Positions 1 through 13,439 of a stretch of 64,000 nucleotides of DNA are shown piece by piece. The stretch covers positions 5,658,907-5,722,906 of the forward strand of contig CAVNZM010000001.1 of the NCBI GenBank assembly GCA_963693365.1, in the 5' to 3' direction. A model generated the notes under the pieces. It saw only the letters and a list, made by a program, of their open reading frames with translations. It had not been told where the DNA came from and did no database searches. The DNA comes from Amoebidium appalachense (lineage: Eukaryota > Protista > Ichthyosporea). The number at the start of each line of letters is the position of its first letter. Position 1 is the first letter of the stretch. Position numbers and translations under genes: made by a program.

Positions 1-523
1 GGGGGGGGAGGTCAGTGACCATGCAAGGAACCGGGCCGGGGGGGGGGGGGGGGGGGGGGGGGTTTCAGTAGTGAAGCTGCTACCGGTAGTGAAACGTGCT
101 TTTACAAGCTTTACAAAACTCAGTATGCATAAACTACAAATTCATAGGAAAACAAGGCCAAACAATATAAGAGCGAAACCCTGCCCACACACCTCTCCCA
201 CAATCCTCACTCGAGCAAGCACACACAGATAGTGAGAACAGTTGTACGGACCGATGGGGGATGTTTGCAAACAGGGTAGCAGCACACACGAGCATTCATC
301 CCCCCCCCCCCCCCCCCCCCCAAACACACCCACCAACCCACACGCATACACATACACGCCACCTCCATCAACACCTAAATCACTTCCGCTGTGGTCCAAG
401 CCACCCACACTAAGACGCGGTGTTCGGGACAGGTGCACAACCCGCACGCCAACCCTTCACGGTGTCTGTACACCCGTGCTAAGGTGCCCTTAAGAAACGA
501 AAACTCACGCGCTTGCTCCCTAC

Positions 524-942
<419 letters not shown>

Positions 943-984
943 TTTGACGGTGTTGGCGATAGCCCTTGCTCACACGGGTATCTA

Positions 985-1620
985 GGTGGTTGGGGAAAAA
1001 ATAGGACGGGAGAGAGAACTTGCTAGCCAGAACTTGCTATACCTACTACTTCCTAAAATACCCTATAAAAGCCTGCGTGTTTATTGAAACAGTTGCTACA
1101 GCTAGAATGAAAAGTAAATCTTGAGTTTACTGTACGTCTTTATGATTCTCTCTCTCTCTCTCCCGCAGAAAAACAGAAGCTCTGACTAGACTTTTCGTGC
1201 TGACGTTGACAAATACAACCATGGGTAACTTAATAAGACGGAAAAGGTGAACCTAAAATAGCATCGAAGCATCGCAAACTTCCCCAAAAGGTTAATTTTA
1301 TAGGTTTGTCATAAATCTTGGTGAACTTTTGACGTTCCTTAGCCTGTAGTCTAAAACGGAAGGCTTTGCTTTGTTTATTTGGGAATTCGAGGCGGCTTTA
1401 GTACGTGAGAGTGACATTATGACTGTAGAGCAGACTATCGATACTTTGGCCACCTGAATCCCAGCGAAGGCTTTACAGTTGAACTTGGAAAAGAAAAGGG
1501 GTAGGGCTAAGGCCTAGCCATGCTTGGCAGTTTGAGCCCTGTACATGTTTAGCTGTTTCTCACAGCGCACTGAACCATTCCAGACGTTAGTTTAGTCGCC
1601 CTATGCTAGGATCTACCTGA
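985..1620. repeat. Degenerate long inverted repeat (fold-back) upstream of PAF1
   Basis: AAAGTAAATCTTGAGTTTACTGTACGTCTTTATGATTCTCTC (~1112-1152) aligns to the reverse complement of ~1407-1448 (AAAGTATCGATAGTCTGCTCTACAGTCATAATGTCACTCTC). Weaker matching blocks lie inside and outside; centre ~1280. Aligned by eye. Confidence 0.55.
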
Positions 1621-1725
1621 GTTCAAAAACACGTTTACCCCTTAATTAAAGGTCAAATTCGCGCAAGGGAGAGGGAGAGTGCATGTTGGCTTGTTGGGGC
1701 TTTTGCCCAGCTGAGGAGTAGGAAA

Positions 1726-2467
1726 ATGGCAGACGTAGCTGGTCACGAGGCACCCATGGAGGTGGACATGGAGATAGATCCTCCTGAGGAGGAAACAGTG
1801 GCTCCCATCAGCCAGCCAGAGCCCGCTAGTGTTCCAGCACAGGAGCCAGAAAGAAAGAGCGAGAGGAGACCTGAAAGTGAGCGGAAGGCGAGACCTTCCA
1901 GTCAGTCAAAGCCCCAAGCACGCCCAGGTAAGGTTTAACGTTGTCTCTACTTGGCATTCTCTTTTCTGCAGCTCATGGTGCAGGGGCGGTGATTTGTGCT
2001 CCTGGATGTCCAACGTTCATATTTGGGCGCAGCGTGATGCACACACTGGCGCCCCGTGATATATCTAGTTTGGTTACCTAAAACGTAGTCATACACGTAC
2101 GCCCACACACACACACGAACAGGCGTGCATGCCTGCATGGGCCTTGTGCACACGAGCGCACCCTCAGTTTGCGTAGAGTGTGTTTGTGTTCCAGTGGTTC
2201 GAACACCTTCTCGGCTTTTTGGAGCATTATAATGCCTCTTGCCTGTAACACGCTTTCTGGAGTGTCCGCTCTCTGTCTTAATCCTCCCCCGCCCCCCCCT
2301 CTCTGTGTGTGTGTGTGCTTGTGTACTGTGTCTTCCCCACTCCCTCCGTCTCTTTCTCTCTCTCTTCTTCTCCCTCCCTCCCTCTCTCTCTCTCTTTCTC
2401 TCTCTCTAGCCTCTCTCTATCTCCCTCCCCTCCCTCCTCTAAATCTCACCCCCACACTCTCCCTCGC

Positions 2468-2557
<90 letters not shown>

Positions 2558-2728
2558 TTTCTCTCTGGCACTCTCTCTATCTCTCTCCCCCCCTTCCCCA
2601 TATCTCTCTCTCTCTCTCTCTCTCCCCCTCCCTCTCTCTCTCTCTCTCTTCCTTTCTCTCTGGCACTCTCTCTATCTCTCTCCCCCCCCCTTCCCCATAT
2701 CTCTCTCTCTCTCTCTCTCTCTCCCCCT

Positions 2729-2782
<54 letters not shown>

Positions 2783-3305
2783 GTCTCTCTCTCTGTCTCT
2801 CTGCCCCCCCCCCCCCCCCCCCCCCCTCCCTCCCTCCCTCGCTTCTCTTTCTCTCTGCCTCTCCCGCTCTTTCTCTCTCTCTCTCTCTCTCCCCTCCCTC
2901 TTCGCTTCTCTCTTTCTCTCCCCGCTCTCTTCCTCTCTCTCTCTCTCTCTCCCCCCCCCCCCTTCCCTCTATCCCTCTCCCCACCCTCTCTCTCTCTTTA
3001 TGTCTCTCTCTCTCTCTCTCTCCCCCCGCCCTCCCTTCTCTCTCTCTCTCTCTCTCTCTCTCCCCCCCCCCCCCCCCCTCTCTCAGTCTCTCTCTCTCTC
3101 CCCCCCCCCCTCTCTTTTCTCCCCCCCTTTCTCTCTCCATCCCTCTCCCTCCCCCCCCCCCCCTCTCTCTCTCTCTCCCCCCCCTCTCTCTTCCCTCTCC
3201 TTCTCCCTCTCCCTCTCCCTTTCCCTTTCCCATTCTCTCTTCTCTCTCCCCCTTCCCTCTATCCCTCTCCCACCCTCCCTCTCCCCACCCTCTCTCTCCC
3301 TCTCC

Positions 3306-3393
<88 letters not shown>

Positions 3394-4234
3394 CTCTCTC
3401 TCTCTCTCTCTTCCTCACTGCCTTCCTTCACTCTTTCTTTCTCACCCCTACGTCTCTCCCCTTGTCCCCCCCGTCTACCCTTCATTTCTCGTGCTCCCTG
3501 CCCTGCTTGTTCTAGCTGTTTCTCTCTTTCTCTCTGACTTCTTGTTGTTTCTGTCTTGCGTACCCCCCTATTCCCCCCCCCCCCCCCCCCCCCCCCCCCA
3601 CCCACCCACCCAAAAAAAAACAAAAAAAGAAAAAAACTCTTCCTTCTCCTGAACCCAACTCTCTCAACTCAACTTCAACCTCTTGATGACTGGTGCTGAC
3701 ATGGCTGTTAAACATGCAGCCACAAATGGAACAGTGACACCGAAGAAGTATCCCAAACCATCAGAGCGAGAATACCCAAAGGTGCTCCTTCCCTCTCCCC
3801 CCCCCCTCCCCCGCCCCCTCTCCTCTTTACTTTATCGTTTCTTCCGGATCCTGTGGCCGGTTTCCCAAACCGCAATCTTTCTGTCCAGCCGCCCTGCACT
3901 TTGCACTCAACTTGCTGCAGCCCTCACCTTTCATGTTCCATGGAAATGCTACATTAGCCAAAAAGCTGCCATTGATACATAGATGAACACTAGTGCTATA
4001 GTGATGCGGGCATATATCTCACGCGGATGCACAGGATTTGCTGTGCAAGGTCCGCTACAAGAATACCCTTCCAGACATTCCCTTCGATGCCAAGCTGCTT
4101 GCATACCCGTTCGACCCATTTCGCTATATCAGATACTGGTGCGTACGGTCCTCCCCCCCCCCCCCCCCTTTCCCTGGGCCGACACACGTACCCACCCACG
4201 CACACACACACATACACACACACACGTACCCACG

Positions 4235-4312
<78 letters not shown>

Positions 4313-5479
4313 AACCCCGTGCCTTGGGGGGCAGCAGTTTTCAGTGTGTGCATGCTGCGTTAACTTTCACTTTCTGTTTTCCCCATCTCCTAGTGCATTC
4401 ACCCCTACACCCACAAGCACACGGACTATGCACACTTGCACACACACTGATGCGCTTCAGAGTCTGGCTCTAGCCCTCTGATCGGCTACCTTGCTGCATG
4501 TGTCAGGGTGTGCCAATGTGAGGGCTGCGGACGAACAATTTTTTTAACGGATAATGCATGTGTGTGTGTGTGTGTGGTTGTGGGGAGCGTATTTTGATGG
4601 GGAAAGAAGGGGGGGGGGGGGGGGGGGGGGGGATTTAAGGGTTGCTCGATGTGGGCTCTTGTGTTTTGTGGGGGAAAGCGTGTGTGTCTCATTTTTTTTT
4701 TTTTTTTTTTTTTTTTGGGGGGGGGGGGGGGGGAGTAGTTTCGGCTGCTAGACGACGCGTGTAACGCTGTGGCTGGGAGCTGTGCTCGTTACAAAAAGAG
4801 AAAGGGTGAGGAGGTTGAGAGGGGCAAAAGTGAGGTGGTTGGGGGAGGTGAAGAAGGAGTCCCATTTAAGCTAACTTCGGGTATGGTTTTCCGGCAATTT
4901 GATCAGGGGATCCAATCGATCAGGATCGATCAAATTTCAGTCTGTGAGCCGGTCGAAATTGTCACTGTCGGGCTTTTAAGTTCAAGCTGTCTTATTTGCG
5001 GCACTCGATACAGAGAGAATGACCCCATAAATTTGCGCTGAAAATAAAATCCTACTAATAAAGTGGGGGGTAATTACATAACAAAGTTTCAATGTCAGCC
5101 CCTCGTAAGGTCTTATTCTACCCTCTCTATAATTGCTTATGCTAAGCAAAAGATGTGCACCTCAACCGAGGCCTACCACTCCCCCGGAGAGGTGGATTCT
5201 AGGCCATTACCCCCTACTTTATAAGTGAATTTTCATTTTCTCCCAAAGTTTATGCGGTCAATCGCCCAGGATCTAAACGGGGTTTATAGTGAAAATTGAA
5301 CTTTCGGGCAGTTCGGCATCTATTGATCGACTGGATCAATTATGTAATTTGTTCGATCTCGATCCATTGCGCACCCCCAATTTTTAGCTAAAATCCATCC
5401 CCTGAGTCTCCTTAATGCAGGCTGGTTGGAACAGAACCCTCCTCTCCCCCCTCCCCCTCCCCCTCCCCCCCTCCCCCAA

Positions 5480-5563
<84 letters not shown>

Positions 5564-6268
5564 GCACACACACACACACACACACAAGAGCAACCTACCG
5601 ACTCCTCCCCCCCCTCCTTCATCGCTGTCTATATTTCTCTCACATCTTCAAATCGGGCTTTCCCTTCCCTTCCCTTGCTCAACCCTGAGGCATGTGTCCC
5701 TCTCCACCCTCCCTGTCTCATGACGTCTTCTCTTTATTCCCCCCCCCCCCTCTTCCTCCCAGGCCGTCATCTGTGGAGACATCGCACAAGTTCGATCTGA
5801 TCAGCGAATCAAACCTCAACATCCCCATCGACCTCATAGACCCCGACGCATACAGAGTCCCTACAAATGGTAGGGCTATAGTGTCTCCTGTGTGGGTGGT
5901 GTGTTTGAGCATGTTATGGATTTTGCGTATGTTGACGTAGGGATGTACGGGTGCCTGGTGCTTCTGCGCCTGGCGCATGGGTGTTTTTGCCCACGAAACT
6001 CATTGAAGTGACCACACAAGTCGAGGGGGGTTTTATTTGCCCGTAACAACACATCCCTGCGCACATGCATGGTTCACTCAGGTATTCATCGGCACTTCCT
6101 TCACTGCATACCTCGCTCCCAACTCTCTCTCTCCCTCTCTCTCTCTGTCTCTCGCTCTCTCTCTCCCCTCCCCCGTCCCACCCCTGTCCACATCATAGAG
6201 GCACATGCACATACACTCGCTAACACTAATAACAACACATTCTTAACACTTACATTATCTGGTGGGCG

Positions 6269-6338
<70 letters not shown>

Positions 6339-6339
6339 T

Positions 6340-6385
<46 letters not shown>

Positions 6386-6458
6386 CGCAGGGACATTTGA
6401 TGCAGATATTCATCAATACTCAATAGCGCGCACACGCCCACACTGGCATATGCGCGCG

Positions 6459-6540
<82 letters not shown>

Positions 6541-8196
6541 GCAGCCACACTGCACAAGGACGACCTAGCGCTAGTGGAGGACGCAGGCGAGAAGGAGAAG
6601 GCTAACCTCAAGAAGAAAAAACGGACACATCACATGGAGGTAAGAGTTTTTTCACCGCAATGTACAGTGCTTGCACTGGCTTCTGAACCAATCGGCTTTT
6701 TGCAGTCATGTGATTGGCTGGCCATGGGAAATCTGCATAGGAATCGCTTGCTTTGCTCAGAAAATGACTGTTTCGAGTCAAACCGCCAACCAAACGCATC
6801 CCAAAGATCTGCCTTGCGCCGATTAGTCCCGAAAGTCAGTGCAAGCGCTGTACCGATGCTGTGGTGTGCATGGCTTATTGTTTCCGTTTGCATGTTGACT
6901 GTGTCAGCTTACACCATCTTGGCTGGTATGTATGCCGGTCGTGCTTTGCTATGTTTGTCCTGCTTGTCGTCAGTTTGCTCACTGGGTCCTTGAACCCCTT
7001 GTTTGGGCATTCGGCGTTTGTAATCTTAGCTTCTGACCCTCCTCCTCCCCCCCCCCCCCCCCCCCCATTCCACCCACCCATCCGCCCACCACACACACAC
7101 ACACACATACACGCGCGCGCGCGCACGCATGCACAGGTGTACTGGATGCGCAAGACGGAATGGATTTCATCAGAGCACAAGCTGTACGGTATGACCAACG
7201 AGCAGATCCAAGCACGGAGGTATGTGCATTCCTCCAGTGGCTTTTGCTTTTGTTTCCGGGAATGTGTTTGTTGAAAATGTTTGTTGGTATTCAGGAAGTG
7301 TGATCGGGGCCGGTTTTGTTGGGGGCTAAAAAGGAGAAGGGGGGGGGGGGGGGGGGGGGGATAATGTGTATGTTCCGGGAGCAGAGCAAGCTGGTGTGAG
7401 GTCAAGCTGTGAATACTTTTGTGGCCAAGACTTACTGCGTTTGCCTGGGTGAAGTGATGGTTGTTTTAGGTGAGAAGAGGAAAATGGATCGGAGCATTTT
7501 GCCCAATTGCTCATTTGTTGGCTTCGATTCTATGGTTGTTGTAGCTCCAGCCCTTAGATGTAACGAGGATGTGTTTTTAGCTTGCTGATGTGTGTTGTGT
7601 TCAGGGCAAGGAGAGAACAGCAGGCGCAGATCACATCCAAGGACAGAGACAGCCAGGTGCAGGCCATCAAGAAGACGTTCGACGTTGTCAACAGCCAGAA
7701 GAGTATGTGCTTTGCTCAAATGCACACGTTCATGTGTGCACACTGTGTGGGTGTGGGTGGGTGGGTGTGGGTGGGTGGGTGTAGGTGTGGGTGTGTGGGT
7801 GGTTGGGTGTGTGTATGTGTGTGTGTGTGTGTGTGTGTGCGCGTGTGTATGTGTCTGTGTGAGTGTCCACGTATGTACACGAACCCCTTAGGCACATGGC
7901 GGCCATGGAAGTGAATGACACCATGCACGTAGACGAATGGGCACGTACATACAGTCAGATGTGAGTGTGGGACAGGGTGTATTTACCCGTGTTAAACACG
8001 GACGTACAACTAAACACACACATTAGGTACTAACGCTTGGGACACTCACAGCGTGGAAGCACCCGACCAAGAAACATCTCAAGGCAGTGGATGTGATGCC
8101 CCTGCTGCCTGACTCCGACAACTGGGGCAATGTGTATGTGCTACATACATACACATGCCCACATGCAAGCACACACACAGAGAAACACTCGTGCGG

Positions 8197-8236
<40 letters not shown>

Positions 8237-8846
8237 CTAGAACCGAAAATGCATGCCTGTACTTGCATCTACGAACATGCATGCATGTACAGCGATCGAC
8301 CTGCAGATGGCCCGGTTAGACCAATGTGTTTAGTGTCCGTGTGTACTTTGGGAAAGGTTGGAGGAGGCTGATTTTCGAATAGTATATCTAGGATAGGTGT
8401 GATGATTGGGTGGGAAGGGGGGGGGGGGGGGGGGGGGGTACTTTCCCAAAGTACAAAGACCTTTGCGAAGCTTTTTTGGACAGACATTGTCTCGGGAATT
8501 TGTTGAGAATAGAACCTCAGATGGGGCAAAGGAGCATATACGTGTAGTGGAGGTCTGCGTGTGTGTTCGTGTTTGTGTCTTTCTTTTTTTATTTGGAGGG
8601 GGGGGGGGGGGGGGGGGGGCATGTTCCGATGGTGACTCCTTGGCACCTGTGCAGGTATTCCTTGGTGGTTTTTGACAACGATCCCTCCCCTGAGAGCGTC
8701 AAGCCCATCACACCAGACGTAATGACCCTTTACCCCCCCCCCCCCCCCTCCCCCCCCCCCCCCCCCCCGCCCCTCGGGCCCTTGTGGTGGCTGTTCATTG
8801 TCATTCTTCTACACTGCTCAGAACTGTATTTTTAAGAGTTGGGAAA

Positions 8847-8891
<45 letters not shown>

Positions 8892-10304
8892 GGAGGAGGT
8901 TTGTAGTCCTGCTATGGTGTAATGGTGTACTCTTTGAAATTCTTTTCGTCAGTACAAGTGTGAAATCACAAAGTGTAGCCTATTCAATGGCACAGTGGGC
9001 GCAAGGTCCGTAAGGGTGGTTGGTGGTAGTGGAAAAGTGCAGGGGGAGGAGCCGGGGGAGGAGGGGGGAAGCGGGGAAGGTGTTTTGGGGGGGGGGGGGG
9101 AAGGGGGGGCTGCGCCCTTTTTGGGAGTTGTTTGAATGTACATACCTTGGTGTGTTTGTAATATTTGGGGTAGAAATCTGCCGGGTGAATGCTAATGGCA
9201 GGGTGTACAGGCCGACGAAGAGACCATCCGGGCATGGGAGCTCAACAATGCACGCATGTCCTTGGGTTTCCTGCACGGCATGCAGGTCTGAACACAGCCC
9301 CTCTACCAAACTCAGACGCAATTGATGGCATGGGCCCTTTCTGAGGATGGGCTCTGCTTATTATGCATACTGTGCTCATTGCTGATGTTGCATACTTGGA
9401 TGTTTGTCTTTGCATGTGTCCTGCACCATGCTTCTCATCGTGTATGTGTGCTTCGTACCGTGTTCGGCATTCAAACACCCCCCCCCCCCCCCCCCCCCCC
9501 CCCCACCCCCCCCACCCCCCACCCCCCACCCCCTCCCTTCTCCCCGTGCTCCACCGAAATGTGTAATGCCAATTTCAGTTTGTACACACACACATGGTCT
9601 ATGAACCCTATCTCCCCCCCTCCTCCCCCCCTCGTTTCCTACTTTCCCTACTTTTCACCGGGGGGGGGGGGAGGGGGGAGGGGGGGGAAGATTAATGACT
9701 TTGAGATCAATGATGATGATCATGATACAATAACGATAACGCCTCTTCCCCCCCTCACCCTCCCCCCCATCCCCACACACACACACACACATACACACAC
9801 ACATGCACACACACACACACCTGATCCTGGGATAATTTGGGCAATTTTGTGTACGTGAGATCTTACATACATGTGACCCCTTCCCCTCCAGTTTCCGGAC
9901 ATGTGTCGTTGGTCGACACCCATACACTGCATATTGCAGAGAAGAGAATGGAAGAGGGAAAGGAGAGTCCACACACACACTAACACTGCACATTAAAGGC
10001 ACGGTGGAGGGGGGGAGGGGGGGGGAGGGGGGAGGGAAGAATGCTAACACAATATTTTTTTTACTGCAGGGGGCCAATCCGGACGACCAATACGTCGGGT
10101 ACTTTGTGCCACAAAAGGCAACCATGCGTGCACGGCAGCAGATGGAAGATGTGGGTGAAGACCTGGCAGAGTCATCAGAGGTGTGCGTGCATGCGTGCAT
10201 GCGTGCGTGCATGCGTGTGTGTGTGCGTGCGTGCGTGTGTGTGTGTGTGTGTGTGTTTGTGTGTTGGGTGTTTTTGTGTGTTTTTTTTTTTTTTTTTTTT
10301 TTTT

Positions 10305-10351
<47 letters not shown>

Positions 10352-10352
10352 T

Positions 10353-10420
<68 letters not shown>

Positions 10421-10483
10421 GCGTGCGTGCGTGTATGTGCGTGTGTGTGCGCGCCTGTGTTTGTGTGTGTGTCTGTTTGTGTG

Positions 10484-10533
<50 letters not shown>

Positions 10534-12629
10534 TGTGTCTGTGTTTGTGTGTGTCTGGGTTTGTGCCTGGGTTTGTGTGTGTGTGTGCGTGTGCATGTGT
10601 GTGTGTGTGTGTGCGTGTGTGTGTGTGTGTGTCTGTGTTTGTGTGCGCGTGTGTCTGTGGGGAGGGGGGGGGGAGAAAGGGGAATAGGGGGGAGGGGAGG
10701 GTGAGGGTGAGGGTGAGAGAAAGAGAGAGAGAGGGAAGAATTGAGTCTTCAGGGTGGAAGGGAGAGGGCCCTACGTTTTAGGGTTGATATGTTTTCTTAT
10801 TGGATGCCAGTGCAGGACCCAATGTAGGTGTTGGTTTGATGTTGTGTATGTGCACACGTCTATGTACCAAGTGCAAGCGCGTGTGTCATCTTGTTGTTCA
10901 AAGAAGAAATCCAAGCCACACACAACCAGTGATTGAATGCAGCCCAATGCAGCCCAATGCAGCGCAAAACCCAGGAAGTAACCGAGTTGTTGGGCAACAT
11001 ATGAACTCTTTCTGACATTAACACCCTTTTCCTCCGCCAGAAATACCGCTACGACATGGTGCGAGAGTACAACTTTGCCGTGCGCACGACGACCAGCCAG
11101 AACTTCGAGAAGAGCTACATGCTGATGACCAAGGGGGGCGCAGTGCACTACAACGAGATCACCTCCCGTGTCATGCTGCGTAAACGCCGTGTTCAGGTGC
11201 TCATATCCCAACCCCCTCCCCCCCCCCCCCCCACGGGGGCCACCACCTTGTTCCCCCCAATCTTTTTTCTCGTACGATTTCCCTTTGTGCACAGCTGCTT
11301 TGCTGTCAAAACAACCGCCATCTTTCTCACTCCCCCACCACGCAATTCTTCTTTTAAAAAAAATTTTTTTTTGCTTTCCGGGTATTACATGTTTGTGAAC
11401 AAATATTATCTGGGTTTGTGTCCCTTGTTTTCTTCGTCCCCTCCCCCTCCGCTCCCCCCTCCCCCACCCCCCCCCCCCCCCCTCTCCCCCCCCTCCCCTC
11501 CCCTCCCCTCCCCCCAAATACACACACACACTTAACTACACACACACCAAAAGTGGGTGTGCACGGAGGGAGTGGGATTGGGGGGAGGGGGAGGGGGTAC
11601 GGGGAGAAGGGGGGGAGGGGGGGGGGGGAGGGGGGGGCTTGCAAACACAAAATACACACACAAATCACCCTGGTGTTTTGCTACCTCCAGGGTTTGTGTG
11701 GGAGGGAGACGTGTTGTGGGGGGAGGGTTGTGAGGTGGGAAGGGAGGGGGGGGGGGGGGGGGGGGAGGCACACCTATATAACTGGGGGGGGGGGGGGGGG
11801 AGGGGGGGAACTTTATGTTCATCTTTGTGTGACTGCTGTTGTGTAACAGTTGTGAGGATGGGCAAGAAAAAGAAAAGAAATAAGTTTAGTGGGAAAGATA
11901 ATGAGCTCACGTTTGCCGCTGCCAAATGCCCCGTAGGATGATGTGGAGGACAAGACCACACACGCCATGGTCAGCTACCGCCCGTTCACCTCAGAAGAGC
12001 GATCGAACCAGAACAAGAGGTGTGTCACACATGCCTTGTGTGGTTGTGTGTGTGTGTGTGTTTATTGTTTTCTTTCAGGTACTTACTATCGATGAATAGG
12101 CCGGGCTTTTTTTGGGGGGGGGGGGGGAGGGGGGGGGGGGGGCTTGCGCAAGTATTCAATTGGAGGTGTGCCTGGCTGTATAGTTTCAGTTGTGCACTGT
12201 GGTGTGTGTGTGTGTGTGTGTGCGTGTGTGTGTGTGATGTGATTGGGTGGTTCTGATATCTCTTTTGTGTTAACCCTGTAGTGCATGCACGTGTGGCTGA
12301 TATGAAAGCCGTCACAATTGCTCTGTCACTTTGTGTGTAGGTATGAGCATGTGTGTGCACCGTGTGTGGGGTGGGGTGGGTGTGGACGTATGTGTATCTA
12401 CACCTGCGTATATACTCTGTCCGCCTTCTAACTTCTGATGTGCCAAAACAGGGTGAGGAGTCTTGAAGCAGTGGATGGAGATGCAGAAGAGGATGGCCCA
12501 GGGCGCAAACGCAGCAGAAAAGACAGCAGCAGCAGCAGCAGCAGTGATAGTGATAGCGACGCAGGAAAGTCGGCAAAAAAGGGAAAGGGAAAGAAGGCTG
12601 ATAGCGACTCGGATGTGGCATCTCCCTAG
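1726..12629 (+). CDS. PAF1: RNA polymerase II-associated factor 1 (Paf1 complex subunit), 14 exons, ~502 aa
   Basis: Exons 1726-1927, 3720-3781, 4035-4138, 5763-5869, 6545-6639, 7137-7219, 7605-7702, 8052-8133, 8655-8718, 9202-9285, 10070-10180, 11041-11196, 11937-12019, 12452-12629. All introns GT-AG and phase-consistent (1509 nt). Peptides [66 protein letters not shown] and VREYNF...[15 protein letters not shown] match conserved Paf1 motifs; acidic/Ser-rich tail. Confidence 0.95.
2330..3545 (+). repeat. ~1.2-kb polypyrimidine (CT)n/poly-C tract in PAF1 intron 1
   Basis: Almost purine-free on the + strand apart from one short (CA)n block; explains the S/L/P-rich and E/R/G-rich pseudo-ORFs. 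Confidence 0.97.
4920..5365. repeat. Degenerate fold-back / MITE-like inverted repeat in PAF1 intron 3
   Basis: 5020-5074 vs reverse complement of 5206-5260: 42/55 ungapped identities (counted by hand). Outer arms GATCGATCAAATTTCA...CCGGTCGA (~4924-4956) match GATCGAACAAATTACA...CCAGTCGA (rc of ~5327-5358). Confidence 0.75.
6665..6850. mobile_element. Tc1/mariner-type MITE (186 bp) in PAF1 intron 5
   Basis: TA|CAGTGCTTGCACTGGCTT...AATCGGC at the left end and GCCGATT...AAGTCAGTGCAAGCGCTG|TA at the right end. TIRs ~32 bp (16 of the first 18 bases match), TA on both sides (6663-64, 6851-52), CAGTG terminus, no coding capacity. Confidence 0.8.
9332..9476 (+). mobile_element. 145-bp dispersed intronic element, copy 1
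   Basis: GGGCCC...CTGAGGATGGGCTCTGCTTAT...GCATTCAAAC followed by poly-C. 131/145 identical to the rc of 63401-63545; also related to 38997-39113. Confidence 0.85.
10281..10419. repeat. Adjacent long poly-T and ~67-nt poly-G homopolymers
   Basis: T runs 10281-10350 (one G interruption) followed by a G run at 10353-10419, in PAF1 intron 11. Confidence 0.9.
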
Positions 12630-12813
12630 GGTTGGGTGCATGAAAGGCTGGTTGGGTTGGGTTGGGGACATGGTGGTGTTTGGACACTTGTCAGCGAATG
12701 TGTCGGCGGTTTTTTTGTTTTGTTAATTTTTGTGTGCACATCTTTTTTTTTGTAACGTTGTTATTGTTTTGTTGTTGTTTTTTTGTTTGTTTTTTTTGTT
12801 TTTTTTGTTTGTT

Positions 12814-12866
<53 letters not shown>

Positions 12867-13439
12867 ATATATAAGAGGAACTGGGTGTGGTGTGGCGGGA
12901 AATCGCCTCGGTTTGTTTCCTGTCGGTCCGCATCATAGCCCGGTCGGAGCATAATAATAGGACACATCCCCGCCTAGCTTGGGTTGGTCTTGGTGTCACT
13001 CATAGGACATTCAACATCAGGCACTCTCTAGTCTCATGATCACAGCTAACGGTTGTACAGAATCCACAGTCACTTCCGTGTTCTCTAGATCTCAGTGTCA
13101 CCAAAGATAGCCCATTTTTTCTTCATTCATTCCATTTTGAGGGCTCTGTGAAAAAACTTGGTGTACGAAGCAAGCTATCCTTTGCCTGCTTACAGTACAT
13201 CGATCATGTTTTTGAACACAATTGAACGTATCATTCACTTCCACATGTACATGCATAATGCGCAGGCAAACACATGAAACATGACACCCACCCATCCAAG
13301 ACAATTGCAACAACACATCACAAGGCTTGGATTAGCTGAATAAACATGTCTGCTACTTGACCCAAACGATATTATATCAGCATGTGGTTTCTATGAAACC
13401 AGGCAGCTATAGGTTCCTTCTTGGCCTTTGTTGGTGCTC

